Source: an uncultured Nitrososphaerota archaeon (GTDB lineage Archaea; Thermoproteota; Nitrososphaeria; Nitrososphaerales; CADDZS01). Taken from it: a DNA stretch of 64,000 nt. The notes beneath the pieces were generated by a model. The model did no database searches, had not been told where the DNA came from, and saw only the letters and a list, made by a program, of their open reading frames with translations. Shown here one piece after another: positions 1 through 8,870 of this stretch; the first letter of the stretch is position 1; each line of letters opens with the position of its first letter. Location of the stretch: assembly GCA_963799845.1 (NCBI GenBank), contig CAWCYI010000005.1, positions 1-64,000 on the forward strand, written 5' to 3'. The position numbers and the translations under genes were made by a program.

Positions 1-463
1 TCGTTGTCGTTATAGGAAAATGCTGAAAGAAGTTTCTCAGCAGATACCAAGCGGAAATTATCTTCAACCCAAAGCAGGCAGCCAATCCAATTCAAGAGGT
101 AGAACTTCGCTTGCATTTCTCGGCTAAGCTTCCCCTTCTCATAGAGCTCGTCCATTTAAGCCTGGTTCTTTTTCAGCTTCACTCGGTTCACTTCGGACAA
201 TTCGATTCGCATGTTGCTCATGTCACGACTTTAATTTCTGAGTTGAAACAACAATCTATATGACGATACAAAGGTTCTGGAAAAGGCTCATAATACAGAT
301 GTGTATTACATGCTGACGACCAGCCCGCTTTGCTTGAAAACTTGTATCAAAATGTCTCGGAGATCTCTTGTGGCATTTGCTACACCGCCAATAGAAGTAT
401 GTCAAGCGCGCTCTTGCCCGATTCCGTGAGGGGTAAAAACAATTACGTGTGGCTTAAAAAGTT

Positions 464-499
464 AATAGTCGCAATTATCGCAACAATCGTAACAATCGC
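464..499 (+). repeat. Four tandem imperfect 9-mers, possible operator or iteron
   Basis: AATAGTCGC AATTATCGC AACAATCGT AACAATCGC, just after the TATA-like CTTAAAAA (453-460). Confidence 0.6.
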
Positions 500-570
500 G
501 CATAAATCTAAAAGGAGTTTTGTCGTTGGCGTTGCTCGAAGAATCGTTGGTGCAGCATGAAACACCGAAA

Positions 571-741
571 ATGAAGAAGATACTTGTGGGAAAAGCTACG
601 AGTAACCCTAAGAACAGGACGCTCAAGATTTCAATACCTGCAAAGATGGCGGACTGGGCGGGGATAGAAGTAGGCGACTATGTTAGCGTCGAGGCAATTT
701 ACAAGGGAAATAAGAAGAAGATACTCATCGAAAAGGACTGA
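571..741 (+). CDS. AbrB/MazE/SpoVT-family DNA-binding protein
   Basis: TLKISIPAKMADWAGIEVGDYVSVE fits the swapped-hairpin pattern I.IP...A...GI..GD.V; ATG at 571 preferred over the track start at 520. Confidence 0.8.
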   Translation: MKKILVGKATSNPKNRTLKISIPAKMADWAGIEVGDYVSVEAIYKGNKKKILIEKD

Positions 742-816
742 GCGTGGATTCGCGAGGGTAAAAACAGTTTCTTTATCGCCTAAAGGGGGCATTAAGGAAA
801 TAATACAAAAACCTTA

Positions 817-1029
817 ATGGCTTGGGTAAAAGTGCGAACAGGCGGTCACAAGCGGTGGCAACACAACCGGCGGTGGCAAGTAGCGCGCGCGCAATCGGCG
901 GCAAATTCTGCTGGCACGGGCCTCTCTGATATAACTCGGAAGAACTTGGTATCTGAAATCAAGCCAACATTATCCCGCCGGACGAAGCGAGGAAAATCCA
1001 CGGTCAGTCCTCTTACGACGCGAACATGA
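817..1029 (+). CDS. Small basic hypothetical protein
   Basis: 70-aa Arg/Lys-rich ATG ORF after an AT-rich leader; no family recognised. Confidence 0.35.
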   Translation: MAWVKVRTGGHKRWQHNRRWQVARAQSAANSAGTGLSDITRKNLVSEIKPTLSRRTKRGKSTVSPLTTRT

Positions 1030-1108
1030 GCGCGCGCGCGCGGGATATGGTTTTCGCGATCTATACCCTCTGTGGAGAAGATTTCAAGAAAGATTACAGG
1101 ATGCAAGA

Positions 1109-1276
1109 ATGATCGAGACAGAGGTTTTGAAAAATCCGATGCTCTGCAAGCGGTGTGAGATTAGTTTCAACAGATGGGATCCCAAGGCGAAAGAGTATGC
1201 GATCTCTGGACGGGCCAAGCATGAAGGCGAGGGCGTTTCCGCCGAGACTAGCTTAGGAATCAATTTTCAGTACTAG
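1109..1276 (+). CDS. Small CxxC-containing hypothetical protein (55 aa, below the ORF track cut-off)
   Basis: Hand translation MIETEVLKNPMLCKRCEISFNRWDPKAKEY...NFQY*; ends 15 bp before the next Zn-finger ORF. Confidence 0.35.
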   Translation: MIETEVLKNPMLCKRCEISFNRWDPKAKEYAISGRAKHEGEGVSAETSLGINFQY

Positions 1277-1291
1277 TTTTTTCTTTAGGAA

Positions 1292-1492
1292 ATGCAAATC
1301 GTAGTTGAGGAGGAACAACGGTCAAAGCTGCGGACCCTTTCCGTTCTCGAATGTCCACACGCGACAGAGTTTCGAGTTTTCGATTACTCAGAGTGTCAGG
1401 AAATCTGCTCAGTTTGCGGAAAGGTAATAGGTACTATCAGTTACTCGCCTCTGGATCATTTTTTGTGGCTTTGGGCATCGGAAGAAAACTGA
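1292..1492 (+). CDS. Small Zn-ribbon protein
   Basis: CPH...CQEICSVCGKVIG, similar to a TFIIB-type ribbon. Confidence 0.55.
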   Translation: MQIVVEEEQRSKLRTLSVLECPHATEFRVFDYSECQEICSVCGKVIGTISYSPLDHFLWLWASEEN

Positions 1493-2205
1493 GGCAGCCG
1501 CTAAAACTAAGATTCAGTCCACTGCGCGCGCGCACTGCGCTGCGGGGAAGCTTGAGGGAAATTTGCCCTCAAGCTCCGCAGCCAAGAAAGTCAGAGCCAA
1601 TCGACCTGTGCGTAGCGTGGCCACTAACCAACAAGATCAGAGTACGAGCAATCGGCGTGGTCAATTCCGGTAGGACATTTTTTCTTTTCCTTTATGGCGA
1701 CTCCACCAGCTAGCAACAAGAGCATTGTAACGGGAGTCGATTCATTCCAAGGGATTTCTCAAAGGATAAGGAGAACGGGTAGACAAACCCTACAGCGAAA
1801 TTGGATCAGATTACATAGACATTGGAGCAAGATGCGTAAGATGTGGTAAGAACTACAAAACTGAAGAGGTTAAGTATGCGTTCCAGCGCGGATTCAATTT
1901 TTTCGCAAACCCTCTGTAATTTCGATGGATTCAGAAATCAGATTTTCGAAATTATTTAGTGCCAGTGTCAACCCGTCTAAGCTTGAACATCAACTTCTTG
2001 TTTTTCAGATCAAAGCTGGACTTTGCCAATACAAGCTCCTTTCCGTACAAATCTTCCAATATCTTTGCACCGGCGCCTCCCAACGACTGGTTGACGGCGG
2101 CCTTTGATAATCAGGTACCTTGAGCTTTACTCCTAGTTCGAAACAAAATTAGCTCGATTAACTAAAATCCTCATAATTGAGACGCCAAAAGAGAGCAACA
2201 ACGTA

Positions 2206-2440
2206 TTGCCAGTCTCAGTGAGAACCAATTTGCATATTCCAGTGCTCAAAATTCTAGCTGACTCTCCTGGAGAGTCACTTTCTACCGCAGAAGCTATCAA
2301 ACAGGTCTCGAATATTTATGATAAGACGAGTGATCGTGAAAGCCGCCCTAACATCGTCACGACAGAATATCGTCAATCTTAGAACGAGGTGGCCTAGACT
2401 CGATATGGTGAACGAAGGGAGAATTGACGGCTCCAGCATC
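2206..2440 (+). pseudogene. Frameshifted remnant of an Mrr N-terminal (wHTH) domain
   Basis: HIPVLKILADSPGESLSTAEAIKQV in one frame, NLRTRWPRLDMVNEGRIDGS in another; resembles the Mrr_N pattern P.L..L...W.R..L...G.I. Confidence 0.4.
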
Positions 2441-2529
2441 TACCCATCGATTTCCCGTGTCAGAAACACAGGCAGACCCCAGAGAAGCAATAGGGCAACA
2501 AATACTGATTCTCTGAGCTTGGAAACACT

Positions 2530-2826
2530 TCATCCGACTAATGTATCTTGTCTCAATATGTACTCACGAATTATTTCTGGGACATATAGCACTTGAAGAC
2601 CTAACTTTTCCGATTTCGTCCGGGATTTGCGATCGCTCGTTACTAGTGTGATTTCTACTCCTTCCATTTTGCGACTTTGAATGAATGCGCGTATTTCATC
2701 GTCGTTGATATCCCTATTCTTTATCTTGTTCCCGTCGATCCATTCATGAACAGTTCTGCAATCGATCCCCTTATCCCTCAGCAGTTTGGCTAAATCCTCT
2801 ATCATCTCATCTGCCAAGTATTTCAT
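2530..2826 (-). CDS. PIN-like (Mut7-C/DUF5615-type) ribonuclease domain protein
   Basis: KYLADEM..LAKLLR.KGID, DDEI, LVTSDR acidic PIN motifs. Confidence 0.8.
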   Translation of the reverse strand: MKYLADEMIEDLAKLLRDKGIDCRTVHEWIDGNKIKNRDINDDEIRAFIQSRKMEGVEITLVTSDRKSRTKSEKLGLQVLYVPEIIREYILRQDTLVG

Positions 2827-2853
2827 GATCCAACTATCTCATTAACCATTGAC

Positions 2854-4671
2854 CTAGCGTTCGATGTGCAGGTTTGACCTTAGACGTTCCTCAGCGTTCG
2901 GTGCATGAATCGGGATCGGGACTCCCTGAAGTCCGGTGGCATCGTGACTCACGACCAACCAGTCGCCCTTTGAAAATCGGAAAGTCTCGCGCATCATATC
3001 GTCCGAAAGACCAAACGCGTCGGTGACTCGTTCCCTATCAGATTGCCTCGGTAGCCGACTGACGAAATAGGTATGAGGCTGGGCAAGGATCGAGGTGTTA
3101 AGATATGTGACTCTTTGCGTTGCGATGCACACGCCCATGCCAAACTTTCTGCCCCTTCTGGCAATAGTCTCCACTGCTTCGGAAGATTTTTCGTAGGATT
3201 CTTTAGGTTGCTGAGGAATGAATTCGTCCGCTTCGTCGAAAACAAAAAAGTTGAGCGGGGTAATTAGACCATGTAGTCGTCTCTCATCGTACATACGCAT
3301 ACAAAGCCAATTAGAAAACTCTCTCAACTGATCAGATTGTGATGCAATTACAACATACAAACTGTTATTCCCATCATTGTTGAGCTCGCCAACCAATCTC
3401 GGAAGATAGGTTTGCATAGTAGTCGGGACTTGGTCAGATTTCGACTTCTTGCTATCTTTGAAATCTTCTACGAGAAGTTTTGCTGCGTCCTGAACTTTAT
3501 CAGGAAGGTCAGCTATGTCCTTCTCAAGCTCGGTAACTATCTGACTAATTGTCTGAGAGTTGAGTGTTTGGCTACCATATTTATCTAGGACTTTTGCGGC
3601 CCATTTTTTCAAATGATCTCGATCCGCTTGGCTTTTTCTACGATCTGATATCACGCCGGCTACGGCAGACTTCTCGAATACAGAGTTACCTGTTTCGCTC
3701 CCGAACTTCATGTAGAACTTGATCTTGTCACTTTCCAATAATTTCCGAATGGCTGGCAGGAAATCTTTTTTCTTAGCCCTCAGACCTTTTGGAAGAAGAA
3801 TGTGATTAAGAAGCGCAAGCTCGGCAGCGGGACGTTTTGATTTATCACCTTTCAAGTATTCAACAACGGGACCAGGAAGTGTCTCTTCCCCGATTACAAC
3901 AAGTTGACCCAACCTATTAGGTGCGTTGTTTAGTAGTTCATCCATCAAAAGTGTCAGATATTCTCCCATCAGGTCAAATAGCACAACCTTAACTGATTCC
4001 CCTGTATACGAGAGCATGTTGCTGACAATAGAGCTCAGGAGATTGGATTTTCCAGTCCCAGTATAGCCGAAAATACCAACGTGTGTTTTGATCAAGTCTT
4101 CAATGCGAGCCTCGATAGTTACGGATTTTTCACGCGTTAAGCTCCCAAGCTTGATTGTTGAATTCGGTGATAGATTTTGATTGTAAATTCGAGAAACAAT
4201 AGCAGTGGAGAGTAACCTCACTTCTTTGCCTGGCATAGGTGTTTGCGATTCTGCCGTTATAGAAATGGAGCTCGCAGCTGGCAGAATGGGTCCATTTGGA
4301 TAAGAAATCGAAATGTCAGTCGGGATTGCAAGACATCTGATTTTTGTTGCAGCTTCTGTGGATGTCGTAGCCTGCGTACTCCAGTCTTCAGAAGCCGATT
4401 CAGCTGCTTGCTCTAAGAACCCAGGGTATCCTTCCAAGTCAGATCCTAGTGCGAAATGAGCAGGCAATACTTGGATGATTTCGAGTACGCTGTTGTTTGA
4501 GGTTGTAGCATCAGTCGCGAAATTTGGGACAGCTACAAGATCACCGGGTTTTAAATTAAGCATCAGTTCCTGTGTGTAAGGAAACCAAAGTTCGTAATTA
4601 AACCCGGTCATATTGTCCAAGGATATCTTCATCAGTCGGCCCGAATAGAGCCTGAACAATTCATCGACCAC
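2854..4671 (-). CDS. herA: HerA/FtsK-family (DUF87) ATPase
   Basis: Walker A HVGIFGYTGTGKS, LFDLMGEY, Walker B FVFDEADEF, ARRGRKFG, IATQR; N-terminal HAS-barrel-like region. Confidence 0.9.
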   Translation of the reverse strand: MVDELFRLYSGRLMKISLDNMTGFNYELWFPYTQELMLNLKPGDLVAVPNFATDATTSNNSVLEIIQVLPAHFALGSDLEGYPGFLEQAAESASEDWSTQATTSTEAATKIRCLAIPTDISISYPNGPILPAASSISITAESQTPMPGKEVRLLSTAIVSRIYNQNLSPNSTIKLGSLTREKSVTIEARIEDLIKTHVGIFGYTGTGKSNLLSSIVSNMLSYTGESVKVVLFDLMGEYLTLLMDELLNNAPNRLGQLVVIGEETLPGPVVEYLKGDKSKRPAAELALLNHILLPKGLRAKKKDFLPAIRKLLESDKIKFYMKFGSETGNSVFEKSAVAGVISDRRKSQADRDHLKKWAAKVLDKYGSQTLNSQTISQIVTELEKDIADLPDKVQDAAKLLVEDFKDSKKSKSDQVPTTMQTYLPRLVGELNNDGNNSLYVVIASQSDQLREFSNWLCMRMYDERRLHGLITPLNFFVFDEADEFIPQQPKESYEKSSEAVETIARRGRKFGMGVCIATQRVTYLNTSILAQPHTYFVSRLPRQSDRERVTDAFGLSDDMMRETFRFSKGDWLVVSHDATGLQGVPIPIHAPNAEERLRSNLHIER

Positions 4672-6568
4672 TGTGATCTCTTACCTCTCGAAAAGTCCTA
4701 GCAAGTGGCTTGGATTTCAACACTACTCCGCTACTCTTAATCATTTTTTGAGCCCATTTTTGGCTGAAACTCTTTGCTGCCCAATCCGCAATGTGTAATG
4801 GCTCAGGATATCCGACAACTTCCGGGAATTTATTTTGACACAGAATTGTTAGAATGTTCATGACAATTTCTTGTCCCACATTCGCTTCGGCGGCAGAAAT
4901 GTCAAGCAACGGCTTTATTTTTCCAAAACTTGGAGCACCATCTATTTCAAGCTGGTCACAGAGTTTCTCGTCGATTTTGGGCATAAGGATTCTGTCAATG
5001 AAAAGAACATGACTGTACAAAGGTTGAGAACCAGCTGTTATTCCCGTTCCTCTTCTGATGTAAAACTGACCCAAAGACCTCGCGAACATCCGTTCCGGAG
5101 CGACAAAATTGCGTCGTCCGCCAGTTATCCTAGGCTGTTTGCCTGCTTCAGAATAGAGATGAACCGTTACAAAGGTTGAATCGTAATCCACGGTGCTCCA
5201 TGGGGCAACCATAGTTTGATCATATTCTGCGATCGGTTCTAAGGTGATACGATCGGTCCAAGGAAGAACGACCGGAGTAAATTTGTACTTTCCCAAATCT
5301 TGCATTACACCCAGGTAATTTCGTGTGAAGTATCTCTGTTGAGAGTCTTTCACAACACCAACAAAGAATATTCCTTTTTGCCAACAGAGCTCAATTACAA
5401 GCCTCAACCCTATGCCAATGAGAAAACTAATGTCTTCAGGTGATATCCACCGTTTCCGCTTAAATTGAAAGGAACCTTCCTGAACCTCATTTTCGTAAAG
5501 AAGCATCTTGTCATCCTTCAGGTCGAATAGATTGTGACAAAAGTCTTTGAAAAGAGAAGATACAAAGGACCAACTGCTTTCTGCAATCGGTGTCAATTCC
5601 ACAGTCTCAGAATTTCGGTCGGCAATTTCTTGGTGGACTAGAAATTCATCAATTATTCTCAGAGCCTCTTCTCTTTTCACTCCGGAATCAGCGGCCAGGG
5701 TTGTAACGGAGATGGGTTTTTTGTCGGCAGAGCTAAATAGTTTGTAGATGAATCTTCTCTGTAATGCTAGATAACCTCCGTTGATCTGAGCAGCGGGAAC
5801 ATCAAGTTCATTGTTGTAAGGGTGGGAAGAGGCAACATACGCATCCGTTTTTGTCAGGACCCGGCCAGGGAAAAGACTTGAAGTTCCATTCGTTGAGAAC
5901 TTGTTTCGTATTATTGGAATATCTTCCGCTTTCTCACGGACCCATTGATACTGCAGGCTTATTGACTGATCCCAGAGAATAATGTCGGGGTGCTTCTCCG
6001 ACGAAGCTTCTTTGAATGCCAAATAAATCTCGGCCAATGACATCAGTCGAATGTCAAGATTTGATAGATCGTTCCGATCTTCCTCAGAAGTAGCGAAAGA
6101 AGCTAAAGCCCTCGGATCATTTTTAGTAACATCACCTTCCTTGGTCTCAGTTTCCGAAATATCGCTAACAACATCTCCGAACTCGGCAAAAGGAATGGGG
6201 ACATAAGCGGTTATGCTTATGTCATCGGACAAGTTCTGCTTGCTATACACTACTCGAGGAACTTTTTCGAATCTAATTTCTCCGGGTATCCCAAACGCCA
6301 CGGCGAAGAATATGGCATAGTCTGTGAGCGTGTCCTTGAAGGGGTGACCATCGATTGCTACAAAACGTACAGTATCCCTGCCTAATCTTTTCCTCAGGAG
6401 ATCTGAAGCTTCATTACGAGATGCATGTCGCCGTATCAATGATACCAGAAAATCGTTGTAGAATGTTTTCGCGTTGCCAGCTCGCTCTCGATATAGGCCT
6501 TCATATCGCTTTTGTGAATTCTCAAGTGCTTTTCGATATGAAGAGAGGAGTTTCGATATCTCGGACAA
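4661..6568 (-). CDS. nurA: NurA-family nuclease with a probable wHTH insertion
   Basis: FVAIDG, IILWDQS, GVVKDS and GYPEPLHIAD motifs; overlaps the herA start by 11 bp. Confidence 0.82.
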   Translation of the reverse strand: MSEISKLLSSYRKALENSQKRYEGLYRERAGNAKTFYNDFLVSLIRRHASRNEASDLLRKRLGRDTVRFVAIDGHPFKDTLTDYAIFFAVAFGIPGEIRFEKVPRVVYSKQNLSDDISITAYVPIPFAEFGDVVSDISETETKEGDVTKNDPRALASFATSEEDRNDLSNLDIRLMSLAEIYLAFKEASSEKHPDIILWDQSISLQYQWVREKAEDIPIIRNKFSTNGTSSLFPGRVLTKTDAYVASSHPYNNELDVPAAQINGGYLALQRRFIYKLFSSADKKPISVTTLAADSGVKREEALRIIDEFLVHQEIADRNSETVELTPIAESSWSFVSSLFKDFCHNLFDLKDDKMLLYENEVQEGSFQFKRKRWISPEDISFLIGIGLRLVIELCWQKGIFFVGVVKDSQQRYFTRNYLGVMQDLGKYKFTPVVLPWTDRITLEPIAEYDQTMVAPWSTVDYDSTFVTVHLYSEAGKQPRITGGRRNFVAPERMFARSLGQFYIRRGTGITAGSQPLYSHVLFIDRILMPKIDEKLCDQLEIDGAPSFGKIKPLLDISAAEANVGQEIVMNILTILCQNKFPEVVGYPEPLHIADWAAKSFSQKWAQKMIKSSGVVLKSKPLARTFREVRDHSGR

Positions 6569-6795
6569 GTTTCAACGCGATGGAGTCTTCTACAATCATT
6601 TATTATTTGTCTTGAACCACCTGTCAATCGAAAAGCGAGTACTGTTCTCGATGCCGGTAAATGGAATTCTGACGTGCGCAATCAGTTGTAATGAAATCAT
6701 GCGAAGAAGAGAAGAAGACTTGGTACAAGTAACTGTTTGGTTTAGGTCACAGAGGGATTACTTCCCAATTGGCTCGATGAATTTTAGCCCAATTT

Positions 6796-6927
6796 TTACA
6801 CTTTAACAAATTCCATTATTCCTACATACGAAGCCTTGTTTAACTCTTCTTCCATAGCTTTGCTAATTTCATCATACGCTGCATCTTCGTCATCTTCTTC
6901 GATTTCAACTTCGACTGGAAGCGTCAA
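6796..6927 (-). CDS. Very acidic microprotein (43 aa) upstream of nurA
   Basis: Hand translation from TTG: LTLPVEVEIEEDDEDAAYDEISKAMEEELNKASYVGIMEFVKV*; 14 of 43 residues are D/E. Confidence 0.45.
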   Translation of the reverse strand: MTLPVEVEIEEDDEDAAYDEISKAMEEELNKASYVGIMEFVKV

Positions 6928-7084
6928 AACGCCAATCTAGTTTTCAACTCTTCAGAATGATGCGTTACACTCGGTAAGATCAAGTATTTTGACTTATCAC
7001 GCGACGGTTGAAAATGATACTGTGATTCTAGCCCATTGGTGTACTTTTTATTCAGAGAATCCTTGAACCGGATATGTATTCGAA

Positions 7085-8089
7085 TTGCCTTACGAACAAA
7101 AGACTGTCCCCGTTTCCTCGCTTGTCTTGGACAAAGATAATCCGAGATTTTTTGAACTCAAAGAACTGAAGGGCCGTACAAAACTTTCGGATCAGGATCT
7201 AATGGAGGAACTCTCTCAAGATCCTGACATTATCACCTTGATGAAGTCGATAAAGAGATCGGGGGTCAAGGATCCTATATGGGTAAAAAAACAGGAAGAC
7301 GGGAAGAACCTAGTAATTGAAGGAAACAGAAGAACGTACATTCTTAGACAGTTGCTCGAAGAAAAGGCAGCGCCACCTGATGGGGTCCACTATGACGTAG
7401 TTGATGCCCAAGTATTCCCAGTAGATACTTCCGAGACGGAACTTCTTTTACAACGAGTAAGACTCCAAGCTGGCAAGAAGGACTGGGGTGCTTTTAACGA
7501 GGCTCTGGCAACTTACGAATTGCGAAACACCTTGAAACTTGAAGAGCTAGATATCTCTACCGAGCTTCAAATTTCTATAAAAGAGGTTAGAGATAGAATT
7601 GACAATGTAAAGCAGTTTAAGGCGTACGTAAAAAAGACCGGAGACGCCAATCCGCGCAGGTACTCATTTTTCGCAGACGCCCCAAAGAGGGTTCGAGATT
7701 GGTTCAATGAAGACTCAAAGAACCTTTCTACTTATTTCGAGCTGGTTGCTCCAAACAAGCAAGGATTCCAAAGGATAAGATCGGTAGCCACGAAAGGCGG
7801 ACTTCGAGATTTCGCGACTGTGCTTGATAATCCAGATGCATTGAAGGGTTTCCTCGACGATGACGAAATGACGGTCGAAGATGCTCTTCAGATAACGAAG
7901 GAAAATGATATCACTAAAGAAATGCCCTGGGTTAAGAGAGTCGGCGTGCTCGCCACACAATTCAATGCAATGAGTGAAGAGCAAATTGAAAGATTGAAAG
8001 AGGAAGACAAGATTGTTCGCAGCATAAAGAGACTCTCCCGGGCGTGTGAGTCAGTATTGCAAAAGATAGGGTCGCCGAGTGAAGGCTGA
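7085..8089 (+). CDS. ParB/Srx N-terminal-domain protein
   Basis: LVLDKDNPRF, SIKRSGVKDPIWV, VIEGNRR, followed by an HTH-like segment. Confidence 0.8.
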   Translation: MPYEQKTVPVSSLVLDKDNPRFFELKELKGRTKLSDQDLMEELSQDPDIITLMKSIKRSGVKDPIWVKKQEDGKNLVIEGNRRTYILRQLLEEKAAPPDGVHYDVVDAQVFPVDTSETELLLQRVRLQAGKKDWGAFNEALATYELRNTLKLEELDISTELQISIKEVRDRIDNVKQFKAYVKKTGDANPRRYSFFADAPKRVRDWFNEDSKNLSTYFELVAPNKQGFQRIRSVATKGGLRDFATVLDNPDALKGFLDDDEMTVEDALQITKENDITKEMPWVKRVGVLATQFNAMSEEQIERLKEEDKIVRSIKRLSRACESVLQKIGSPSEG

Positions 8090-8870
8090 ATCTGATGGTC
8101 AGCTTGTCGAATTCTTAGATTATCTGACCAAAACCAAGATTGTCGACAAGAGACAGGTTCGTTTCAGTAGAATCAACGTTCTCAAAGAAATTAGTCGTTT
8201 TTTGGAAGAAACTCGCAATGTTGGAGATTCCTTACTCGTTTTCGAGTCTTGGGAACCGAACCTGCGAAATGCACTCTTAGTTTCGGAATATTCGTTCCAA
8301 TTTAACCCCTACACGGAAGAGCTAGTTGTTCAATGGGTTCCCTCTTGGAACAATATTGAGTGGGCAGCCGAAGTAAGGAATAAGAATCTCACGAGCGAGC
8401 TAGCCGAACGGATTACTGCGCTAACTCCTTTTGAATTCGAGAATCTCATGCATCAAATATTTTCGAGGGTAGCATGGGCTGAAAACGTCAAAGTGACCGG
8501 TAGGAGCAGTGATGGAGGAATAGATTTTGAGGGCATGTTCATTGAAAGACAATCCGGCTTGAAATCCTCATTGTATGGTCAAGCAAAACATTGGAAGTCA
8601 AAAGTCGGATCGGAAACAATCCGCACCTTTATTGGATTCGTCGCAGTGAAAGAAACTTCGAAGTTTCGTTCTTCGGTAGGAGTGTACGCCTGCACCGGAG
8701 GTTTTAGTGAGGAGGCACAGAACGCGATCAAGAAGTCTTCTTTTGTAATACTGCCCTATGATCTTTCTCGGATGGTGAAGGAAATGATCGAAAACAACAT
8801 CGGCGTCGCGGAAGTTGAGACGCACGGGAAGAAACTGGACCTAAACTTTTGGGATGAACTTGAAATATAA
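8079..8870 (+). CDS. Mrr-type restriction endonuclease
   Basis: LTPFEFENL...TGRSSDGGID...QAKHW...VG...IRTF matches the Mrr catalytic D...QxK pattern. Confidence 0.85.
   Translation: MKAESDGQLVEFLDYLTKTKIVDKRQVRFSRINVLKEISRFLEETRNVGDSLLVFESWEPNLRNALLVSEYSFQFNPYTEELVVQWVPSWNNIEWAAEVRNKNLTSELAERITALTPFEFENLMHQIFSRVAWAENVKVTGRSSDGGIDFEGMFIERQSGLKSSLYGQAKHWKSKVGSETIRTFIGFVAVKETSKFRSSVGVYACTGGFSEEAQNAIKKSSFVILPYDLSRMVKEMIENNIGVAEVETHGKKLDLNFWDELEI

Larger units (their letters stand above)
420..769 (+). repeat. Imperfect ~24-bp direct repeat flanking the AbrB-like gene (copies at 420-444 and 747-769)
   Basis: GATTCCGTGAGGGGTAAAAACAATT versus GATTCGCGAGGGTAAAAACAGTT; each copy lies upstream of a small + strand ORF. 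Confidence 0.6.

Noticed and set aside
1-221. Minus-strand reading frame MSNMRIELSEV...*MDELYEKGKL... running off the left edge
   Set aside because: Contains an in-frame TAA and is cut by the window edge; no family could be assigned.
1956-2174. Protein-like minus-strand fragment LSKAAVNQSLGGAGAKILEDLYGKEL...
   Set aside because: No in-frame start and no recognisable family; probably a decayed gene.
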